Virus genome (UHGV): UHGV-1341054
Reading direction: 5' to 3' (one strand)
Source of the DNA: a virus
Length of the DNA stretch: 25,777 bases
The notes beneath the pieces were generated by a model that saw only the letters and a program-made list of their open reading frames with translations, was not told the origin of the DNA and made no database searches. Shown here piece after piece: positions 6,743 to 16,000 of this stretch. The translations under genes were made by a program, and so were the position numbers. How positions within the stretch are numbered: position 1 is the stretch's first letter; the number at the start of each line of letters is the position of its first letter.

Positions 6743-8063
6743 TCATCTCCCGTACAAATCTTCAACACCGCCGTTCTTTTTATCCCACTCATTCGCCCAT
6801 ACCCGACAGGAATCAATGATTTCCTGTCGGCAGTCGCCCTGCATGAATGGCAACTCGTCATGAAAGTTGCTTGGGATGCAGGCCACACTGAAAACAGTAT
6901 CAAATCCGGCGTCCTTGATGCCTTCCATCGTCTCAGGGCGCATTTTTAACTCGTCAACCGGGGCATCTTTGGCATCCATAATGCGTCGATGCAAGCGAGG
7001 ATAATCCTCTTCAAGGTACGCCATAATCTTATTGTGAAGGCATTCGTCGATGTCGTTGTTCCAGTCTTTGGCAAACTCAGGCATTCGGTAATAAAGTGGC
7101 GTTCCCCAAACTGACGGGATCACATCCATTGTCAGCAAACGGTTTGTTCTAATTTGCAGGTGATAGTTAGCAGTAAGTAATGATTCTCCCCGCTGTCCGG
7201 TTTCCATCTCAAGAAAGTCGTTTTTTTCCGCATGAATAAAATCTGNNNNNNNNNNGGCCATGTGGGTATTCGTGAATATAAGCAACCGCATCCCTGCCAT
7301 CGTACATGAGCGGGAAAGATTCCGGGCGTTCTGGCATACCGCAGGCGCGATTCAGATCATACCCAAGCTGAGAACATTCACTCTTTAACTTCTCGATGAT
7401 AGCCTGAGCAGAAGCAAGTTTCTTACGCAGGCTTACGTTCTCGCCCTGGTATTTAATGCTCACTTTGTTCAGTTCGGATACACGCTCTTTAAGTTCGCGG
7501 CGTTCTCTTTTAAGGGAACGGTTATCTCTCTCGCTGTCATCCAGGCGTTTTGCCAGGCTGGACGGGAAGTCTTTCTTATAGCGCCGTAAATCTGACTCTG
7601 CCGCTGCGCGTAGCGTGTTGGCCTGCTGGAGACTGGCTTCAAGTGTACCGATCTCTCTTTTATGCTGTTCTGCATACTCAGTAATGATTTCACCCAGCGT
7701 CTCCGCCGTGGCGCTCATACCGGTAGCATGGGAAAAACTGATCAGGCTGGCGTTAACGACACGCTGAAATTCTTCGAACTGATCAACCAGGGCGTTGTAG
7801 TCTGATGCACCCGCATCCAGTAGCTGATTGATGTCATTTACAAGGTTATCTGCTGTGGCAAGAGTGCTTTCAAAAAGGCGTTTTGACAGGTCATCTCCGG
7901 CAGTCCGCTTTTGTAACAACTGTATCTGGCTGCGGAGTGTATCGATATCCGCAGAAATGATGTCTTCNNNNNNNNNNATCAAGGACAAGGCAGAGTCAAT
8001 GGGTTGGAAAGAAGGTCAGAAATGATGTCTTCGGTGGAGGAGGTTACTGCTTGCTGACTCATG
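6743..8063 (-). CDS. Hypothetical protein, about 440 aa, N-terminal coiled-coil region; reading frame broken by two 10-N gaps
   Basis: ORF-track pieces 7209..7988 and 6743..7300 are protein-like only on opposite sides of the N run at 7246-7255, consistent with one gene and an arbitrary gap length. The likely true start is ATG at 8063 (SD AAGGA): MSQQAVTSSTEDIIS, whose EDIIS is encoded by a 16-mer duplicated either side of the N run at 7968-7977. Confidence 0.5.
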
Positions 8064-8089
8064 GAGGTTCCTTTTGAAACTTGAATTTA

Positions 8090-8101
8090 ATTTTCTAACA
8101 T
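8090..8101. promoter_or_regulatory. Recurring motif copy (ATTTTCTAACAT) about 30 nt upstream of the 8063 start
   Basis: Minus sense reads ATGTTAGAAAAT, between the upstream terminator (8143-8164) and the ATG at 8063; a TGnTAnAAA extended -10-like arrangement is possible. Confidence 0.35.
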
Positions 8102-8142
8102 ATTTTATTAGTAATTAAGTTTCTTTGGAATACCCATAAGTC

Positions 8143-8164
8143 AAAAAACCCGCCATTGGGCGGG
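8143..8164 (-). terminator. Rho-independent terminator (minus strand)
   Basis: In minus sense: CCCGCC-CAAT-GGCGGG followed by TTTTTT; 14 nt downstream of the stop of the 8178..8498 gene. Confidence 0.55.
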
Positions 8165-8177
8165 TATCAGAGGTTAA

Positions 8178-8498
8178 TCAAGGATGTATTACGGACCATA
8201 ACCAGATTGAGGCAAGGGCTAAAAGCAAGATAAGGATTGCAGCCAGCAACCATTTCATTCGCAAGAAACCTGGCTGATTAACGCCATTGGCGTATTCTGG
8301 ATCGGACATCTTTCCCATCCAGCACGCAGAAAGCAGCGTGGCATTTTCATTCATATCAAGTTCGTTCAGGGCTTCCCTGATGAGCGGGGCAGTAACCGCT
8401 TTGCGGGCGCTCTTCATAACGATGCTTCGCGTTCTGCCTGCGTCATCTGCGAATGCCAGACTGACGTAGTGACTTCTCAGCAAGGCGCGCACTCCCAA
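8178..8498 (-). CDS. Small tail-anchored membrane protein, 106 aa (C-terminal TM helix WLLAAILILLLALASIWLW)
   Basis: ORF with a single hydrophobic helix at the extreme C-terminus, followed by a terminator; function not assignable from sequence. Confidence 0.5.
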   Translation of the reverse strand: MGVRALLRSHYVSLAFADDAGRTRSIVMKSARKAVTAPLIREALNELDMNENATLLSACWMGKMSDPEYANGVNQPGFLRMKWLLAAILILLLALASIWLWSVIHP

Positions 8499-8680
8499 TC
8501 ATCAGCTAAAGAACTGTCCGGCGTGATATGGACTTTTTCGCCAGTAAAAAGGTTTGTGTAATCCACGTTCCCATTCACTTGCTTTTCAATTCCGATGCAC
8601 ATGGAAGGACTCCAACCACTGCGACGGGCAACAACACAAACTCCAGCGGGAACAAGTTCAGCCACGGTACTTAAATGCAA
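8477..8680 (-). CDS. Possible small protein, 67 aa, TTG start
   Basis: TTG start with GGAG about 10 nt upstream, 13 nt after the VRR-NUC stop; overlaps the next gene by 22 nt. Weak support. Confidence 0.25.
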   Translation of the reverse strand: MHLSTVAELVPAGVCVVARRSGWSPSMCIGIEKQVNGNVDYTNLFTGEKVHITPDSSLADDWECAPC

Positions 8681-8693
8681 AACATTTTCTCCG

Positions 8694-9167
8694 TTAAGTT
8701 AGATCAACATATTCCGTGATAGCTTTGATGGCTTCATCGGCACTTCGCGCCTCAAAGCAGTAGTAACCTGCTTCTGTGAGGCGTGTCATCCAGACGATTT
8801 GTTCGGGAGTTAGACGATTATTCCCTTGCTTCATCTCGATGCGCATTCCGTGATAACCGCCACGCGCAAGATCAATCGAAAGGTCTGGATAACCTTTCTT
8901 TTGCCCCTCAGCGACCATTTTGATAGCTGTCCTTATTCCACGAAGTCCTCCGTTCGGGGTGGCGTGTGTATGTTCGTACACATATCGCATGTGGCGATAG
9001 AGCCAATCCAGAACGCGAACCTGCTCGTAGTGTTCATGGTTCCCTTTGATTAGTTCGGGGTTATTTGCAAGCTCTAGAAGAGCGGCTGCGTGCAGGGTTT
9101 TTGCTTCAAATCCGTAATGGCGTCTTTTTGTTCGATTGTAATTTCTAACACATGTTATAGCTTTCAT
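8694..9167 (-). CDS. VRR-NUC domain nuclease (PD-(D/E)xK superfamily), 157 aa
   Basis: Motifs EHYEQVRVLDWL ... GYPDLSIDLARGGYHGMRIEMKQG ... LTPEQIVWMTRL match the VRR-NUC pattern (E...Q...WL, PDL, hExK). The N-terminal ~44 aa extension and exact start are uncertain; the AATTTCTAACAC motif lies inside codons 5-10. Confidence 0.7.
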   Translation of the reverse strand: MKAITCVRNYNRTKRRHYGFEAKTLHAAALLELANNPELIKGNHEHYEQVRVLDWLYRHMRYVYEHTHATPNGGLRGIRTAIKMVAEGQKKGYPDLSIDLARGGYHGMRIEMKQGNNRLTPEQIVWMTRLTEAGYYCFEARSADEAIKAITEYVDLT

Positions 9168-9326
9168 TAGCTGAAATTAACAACAAAATGATTAAAATGC
9201 CAAAACCATGCTAAATACTACTCAAGGGAGGTAGATATGCAACTGCTCGGACCTGCTTTAAGTTCAATGGATGACATGCATCAAAGAACTGGGTAAATCG
9301 CATTAAATCTACCCAGCATATTATTT

Positions 9327-9593
9327 TCAATAGTTTATCTTATCCTGTTCGGTAATACTGCTAATTGTCTTATCAATGGCTACTTTCCACCCATCAAAGT
9401 TTAAATTATCAATACGCTCGACCAATTTATCCTCAGTATGAGGATAATAAATCCAACTCCATTCATTAGGACTATCAATCTTTATCAGTGTAAAAACACG
9501 CTTATAACGATGAAAGTCAAGTTCGTATCCCTTTGACAATGCGTAATCTTTTAGATCATCAATCGTGAAAAGCCGATTCTTTCGCATAATCAC
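9327..9593 (-). CDS. Hypothetical protein, 88 aa, in a visibly AT-rich segment (moron-like)
   Basis: ORF coupled to the upstream gene (ATGA overlap at 9590-9593); base composition looks more AT-rich than neighbours by eye. Confidence 0.5.
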   Translation of the reverse strand: MIMRKNRLFTIDDLKDYALSKGYELDFHRYKRVFTLIKIDSPNEWSWIYYPHTEDKLVERIDNLNFDGWKVAIDKTISSITEQDKINY

Positions 9594-10024
9594 CCCGCCA
9601 TGCTGTATTTTTCTATAGATTCGTCATAACTGGTGTACAGATACGGTTCTGTATCATCAGCATAGCTTGCGACTTCAAGTTGGTGGACCTGATTGTAAAC
9701 CGCATCGTTTTCCAGACGTTCTGCCGAATACAAATGCGCCGCGAGAAGAGTCAATGCCGGGCGACTCATGCTATAGATAGTTGCCACATCGCCATCCACA
9801 ATCTGACCAAAGTCAGTAATTCCGCGCTCCAGCAATTGCGTTTTGATAGCAGGCCACCACGGACCATACAGCCGGTACAATAACGGTTCTTTTTTCAACC
9901 TTTCGACCATTACGCCAAGATAGGCATCCAGGTATTCACCTTCTCCCCTGCCAACAAGTGCCTGTGGCAAAATTTCTTCAAGGTAAGATTCCGTTGGTTT
10001 TACTGTGTCGATCAATGTTGTCAT
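9590..10024 (-). CDS. Hypothetical protein, 144 aa, acidic C-terminus; immediately downstream of the DarB-like gene
   Basis: ATG at 10024, 36 nt after the giant gene stop; C-terminal third is rich in D/E/Y (EVASYADDTEPYLYTSYDESIEKY). Confidence 0.6.
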   Translation of the reverse strand: MTTLIDTVKPTESYLEEILPQALVGRGEGEYLDAYLGVMVERLKKEPLLYRLYGPWWPAIKTQLLERGITDFGQIVDGDVATIYSMSRPALTLLAAHLYSAERLENDAVYNQVHQLEVASYADDTEPYLYTSYDESIEKYSMAG

Positions 10025-10060
10025 TTTAATTCGGCCTCTTTCGAGGCCGCTCCATATCTG

Positions 10061-13000
10061 TTAAGCCGCCGCTTCAATGATTTTACGCACTTCATCAATT
10101 GAATAGCGCGTCGATACCATCCAGGCCGGACGGTCAAAGTCCACATCGGCAACCGGGTTAACTTCGAAGTTCCAGAAACGCCCACCGATTTTCTTGATGG
10201 CATCTTTTGCGTTGCGAATAGATGAAGATCCGGGCATATCTGCAATGAGATAAACAGCACCAGCGTCTTCACTTACGCTCCACCAGCGACCGCGTACACG
10301 TGCTTTGGCGCGAATAGGCTTATCGTTTACCACGATAATGTAATCATCATTCGCTACCTCGTCAGCCTTGATCTCAGCTACATCAGCCTGTTCTTCCCGT
10401 TCAGTCTTAGCCGCCGCAAGACGTTCAGCAATCTCTGACTCCGTAGCGCCACCATTTTTAAGCGACACAAAGTCATCCCACGTTGCAGATTTCAGAGCAT
10501 CAGGCAAATCTTCCACATACCCGCCCGCTTTTAAGGCGTTAGCATGGCGTATAGCCATCCCGACAAGACGATTCAAGCTATATGCATCTGCGAAATCATC
10601 ACGGGTAATGCTTTTATCCTCAAATGCATGAATTAACGCCCCCGCTTTAATCCAGACTGTTGCAGATGTTTCAAGCGGATTATCGGCATTAGAAATGCTT
10701 AGTTGCGCACTGTAAACTGACTGATCTGCCAACGAGGCAAGTGACGCCCAACCATCTGCATCACTTTGCATTTTGTACTGATCAAACAGCGCATCACGCC
10801 ATGCATTTAGCGCCATGCGTGTTTTCTCAATTTTGGTTGTGATTTTGGACGTTCGCAGTTGTTCGAACATCTGCGAAATCTCCGAACCATTGGTGAAGGC
10901 TTTCATGCGCCCCTGGAAATCGCGGAAAGAAAGCACGCCTCGCCAGTACGTTTCCAGGCCTTCTCCATTTGGCTTGCGGAACAAGCTGCGGACATCTTCC
11001 TGAGTCACTTTTTCAAGTGAACGCCCGGAGAGATCGCGCCCTGCCATCCAGCCATCGAACGCCTTGACCACATCATCCATAGTGGCCTGAGCGCCCCATG
11101 CCTCCATACCTTGCTCATAATCGAAGCCAAACAATGCACGGAGAAAACCTTCTGCCTCTGAAATACGAAGTGGGTTATCACCTGTCTGGATTTTCGCGAC
11201 TTCGCGTTTTAATGCTTCGTCGTTTACATCAGGATAAATCCATTGTTCAGGTGCTATCTCGTCACTTCCAGATGCGCTAATTTTTTGACCAATCATCCCG
11301 CCATAGGTAAAGGCCATTTGAATCTGACCATTGGCGTTACGATAAGCCCAATAGTTTACATCCGGTGCTCCTTGCCAACCGCCACGATCTTTCCCGGTTA
11401 CCCGCATAACACCGCTACGAATAGCGTCATAGAATTGATCGCGAGAAAGAGAGGTTGAAAGCTGGTGGCTTTGAACACCACGTGCCGCTATTTCTCGTGA
11501 TTCAGCCACCCCCTCTTCAAATGTTACCGCTTCAACCACTGAGTCAAACGGTAATGTCATGGTTGAGCCAGGAGAACGAGAGTAGCGACTTGCTCTATCC
11601 AGCCAGGCGACGCGGCAGGTGTATTGCGCTTTTTCGCCCTCAATTTGTGTCACGCGCACAACCGCCGTTGTCTCGTGTTCAGCATCAATGACTGCACGGT
11701 AGTAACTACCTTTATGCAACAGGATGTTCTTGCCAGTGCGCATATACTCCTGCGGGTTCTGAATAACATCGATACTGATATCCAGCACACCAGACTTAAT
11801 AGCACGCTCCACATCACCACGAGAGCGTTTCATAACAGTATCCGCGTCCTTCGCCCTGGTGATTGCAAATCGCAATTCACGCACTCTTTTTTTAGCTTTG
11901 CTTAGTGCTGAAAGCGTATATTTCTGTCCGTTTTTGTTGGTGCCGCTCTTAATCAGTCCATCCAGATCACTCTGGTATCGTTGCGCCTGCTCCATCGCGC
12001 TTTTCAGTTCTGCCTCCATCATGCCGATATCCTTCCCGGCAGCATTCGCCGCTTTCAGGTAGTTATCGAGAGCATTATTGGCTTCGCGTTGCGCTTTAAG
12101 TCGCAGGCGTTCCTCACGTTCTTTCGACTGACGAGCCATAATTGCGCGTCGTTCTTCCGGATTTGCCGCCAGCATAATGGCGCGCTCATCAGCGTCATCC
12201 GCATCACCATTGGCGATCTCTGACATATCGGAGGTCATCACCATCTTGATCCAGTCTTTCTTACGTTTAAGCGTATCCAGACGGAAGTCATCGAATGTGC
12301 CTTTGCCACAATAATAGTGAACATTAACCTTCTCTTGCGGAGAACCTACGCGCGCACCGCGCCCATTTCGTTGGTCGATACTGGCTGGAGTCCAGGGTAG
12401 TGTCAGGTGGTGAATATCGGTCGTTCCAATATGCAGGTTGATACCTACTTCGGCTTTCTTGTTACAGATAATGATCCGCGTGCGCCCTTCGTTATAGTCG
12501 GCAGCAATACCTTCCATCCCCTCAAGGCCAGCATCATTTTTAGCAGAGAGATAATCCTCATATTGGGCCAGTTTACTGTAGTAGGTTTCCCATGCGCCTT
12601 CTTTGTATTCACCGTCTTTGTTTGGCGTCGGTTCGGTCGGTTTTTTGACCTTTTTCAGCTTAACACCACCAGCCTGGCTAACAGTCGTAGCATTGATAAT
12701 GCCTATCTCCTGCTCTGACATTTGCAACGCACTGGCAATGATGCGACGTAGTTTCTGGTGCTGGGCTTTCTCGTCGATAAAGATAATTTGCTTACCGTTC
12801 TTAAGCCCTTCACGCAGGTTCTCGATAAGTGCGGCATACTTAGGCGGGATCGGGTGTGACACCTGTTTCATGTCGATGCCTGCATCAGCAATTGCCTTGA
12901 GTATTTCAGCCTCCAGGTCAATGCTGGCACGCAATTCGACATGATTTGGATGCTCACTAAATGTTGTAGCTACAACCTTGCTGGTACGGGTACTGACCAG

Positions 13001-16000
13001 GCCTCCGGTCGCATCCTCCTCTGCTTCTTCTGCATCGTCTGCCGCTTTCCCACCAGCTACTTTTGGTAGGTTATTAGCTATAGACTTCACCTGTTCAGTA
13101 AGCTCTACAGGGAACTGGAATGTGATAGCGCTGGCGTAAAGATCCGGGTCGATAGCGACCTTATCCATGTCGCGAATGATAGAGAAAATGAAATCATCCG
13201 GTTTCCCGCGAGTGATATTGCCTTCATCATCGACAGTGACGTCATCACCACGACTTAACTCCTGCGCGCGTTTACGAAGCTCTTCATAAGCTGCTTGCTG
13301 CTCTGGAGTCATTGGGATCTGCAAGGTGTTTTCGACGATATCCGGGATTTTTACCGTTGCACCAACATCGGAAGCCGTTTTAAGCGTTGTCCAGCGGTGG
13401 AAAATGCCACGCAGACCATCAAGGTTCTGGAAGCCCACCAGCCCCTGTTTCTCTTCCACTTCGCCAGAAATTTTCTGGACCTGAACAGTGGCTGTTTTAC
13501 CGAACACTCGCACAAAGTCGTCAGGGGTAATAATCCCCATGTGCATCCACTCGTGCTGAGGGATCACCGTTGACAGCATGTTGAAGGCGTCAATAGGGCT
13601 ATTAACCAGCGGAGTTGCTGTCAGCATTACGACGCCGCGCCCATTGTGACGTTTCATCATGTACGCAGCTTTTACAGCCATGTCACGGGCCATTTTGGAT
13701 ACCGCCGGATTAGGTAAATATGCCAGTTGCCCCGCTTCACGCCCGGCACCAAAGGAGTTGCGGTAGTTGTGCCCTTCGTCGGCAATTACGCTATCGAAGT
13801 TCATATCCTCAAAGTACGGGATATTCTGCTTCTTCGCTGTACCGGTATTCGCGGCCTGGTCCTTAATCTTGTTCTTCTTCTGCGCATCACGGTGCTTGCC
13901 TGACGCCAGGTCAAGACGCCCCATTTCGGCGGCATTAAAGACAGCCTGCTGTGAGTTTTCTCCGATGGTTTCATCGCGCAACGGGATAGATGCGAACTGC
14001 TCTTTTGTCATGATGACCGTTCGCCAGTTCGACGATGGGATCATGTTCATGCGTTGAGCGATAACGGCACTGGCGGATTCTTTAACAACATTACGGGTGA
14101 TCGGATTGCCGTCGTTATCAAGTCGCGGGGTGCCGTCCTGGTCGAGCACTGGGGCAGTCTGAATATTTCCGTCACCATCGCGCACTTCGTCCAGACCGAT
14201 AAACATCATATTGGCGAAGGCATCTGCACTGTAGAAGCTCTGTGCCTCGTGATACCAGTTCTGGTATACGGCCTTTGGAACAACGATACAGGTACGTTTG
14301 GTTCGCCCGGTTTCAAAGTTATAGGCTTCCAGTGCCAGCGCGGTCGTCGTTTTACCCAAACCAGTTCCGAATCCCATAATCCCGCGCCCATCTTCCGACA
14401 GACGACGAACTTCTTCGTTCTGGTAAGAAAGCGGTATACGTTTCCCGCTGATGCCTTCAAGCCCCAGGGGTGCGTCTGAATGGGTAAATGGAATATAACC
14501 GTTAAAGGCGTCGTTATAATCGCGGGCGATCTGATCTGCCTGCGGGTGAGTTCTTAACCAGTCGTTAAAACTCGTCTCAAGCTGGGCGATTTTGTCCAGG
14601 TACTCGTTAGCGTTCTGTCCGCGCGGTTTAACACCGTTCAGGTAGTTCTCAAGCTGATTCAGGAAGCCATCTTTGTTATTCGCTTTCTTGAACTCGTTCC
14701 CGTTTTTGCCGTTTACGGTTCGTAGCTGGTAGCCAGTAAATACCCCGTCCTTACCTTCGTAATCGTCCGGGGATACCAGAATGCCGTTCTCAACCTTAAG
14801 GTCGGGTTCTGTATACTTAAACTCGTCATAGCCCTGCTCTGCCAGGAACTCTTTTATCAGGCGGCGATCCAACCACCGTGCGTTAAGGTTTACCGTGACT
14901 TTGTTCAGCGGTGTAAACGTGCGTTTCTCTTCGATTTTTGAAAGCTGGCGCTCAAAGTTGGCCTTCCGCTCTCCTGTGGACGCGTCTCGCCAGCCCACCA
15001 GCAGTGCCACTTTTGATTTAATATCACCGCTAGTGGCACGGCCCATCGGTAGCAGGCAACCATATCCATCAATAGCGATATCGTCGAATTTCGCCAGGTA
15101 TTCCAGTGCTTCATCGTCGTCTTCGGGCAGTTCGCCTTTAAACGCCTCGCGGAAGTCATCAAGATTGATAGGATTAAGGGCAACATCGCTGAAAAGGTGT
15201 GTCACAACCTGTTCCGGACGAGTGAAATCAATACCAGCAGCCCCTTTGCTAACATCAAGCCGTCCGGACAGCAGATCGGATGCTTCACCGTCCTGATTGA
15301 CGTTCCCGGTGAATGTCAGCCAGTTCTTCGCGCCCGCTTCGGTAATATCGTTTAGCTTAATAGCGTGTGGTGGGCCATATTTAGCAACTTCGGCAGCCGT
15401 CAGACGTGCGGCATCAGCCAGTTCATCATCGACGTTTTCACCAAGGTTACGCTTATCCAGCGCTTTATTGATAAGTTGTCCGATCAGCGCACCGCGCATA
15501 ATGCGCTCACGGTCTTTTTCGCGTTGTTTCCCAGCAAAGCGAATCATTGCCGCTACTTCATCACTGATAACCGATGGATAGTCGGAAGCGATCGCGGATA
15601 TCTGCCCCCATGACAGAGCCAGAATGCCGTTTGTTGATTGGAACGTTGTTTGCAGATCACCGAATGTCGAAACACCATATCGGCTTACATCAAGTACGGA
15701 GGATTTGGTTGTCGCATCTTTAACCCATTTCAGGCCATCAAACTCGTGCCAGATGCCACCTACAAGGCGCTTATCTCCTACTTTGGCACCCTGCCATGCC
15801 TGAGTAGTTACGCCAAGCAAATCCCAATTAATGCGGCTTTCAAAGCGGCGCGATAGAGCGGTTTTCATCGACTCATTGGATACACGACCGTCCTTTTTCA
15901 CCACCAGGGTGTTGCGGAAGCTGGTGCGTTCCATGTCGCCGTAAACGAATCGCTTCCCTTCGGTTGTAAACCACTTGCCTTTCAGAAAGGTATCCCAAAG

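Noticed and set aside
7246-7977. Runs of N at 7246-7255 and 7968-7977 as possible biological features
   Set aside because: Exactly 10 N each, inside coding sequence, one with a duplicated junction: these are assembly or masking artefacts.
10021-10272. Minus-strand ORF of 83 aa
   Set aside because: It overlaps the 3' end of the giant gene in another frame and the confirmed start of the downstream gene at 10024.
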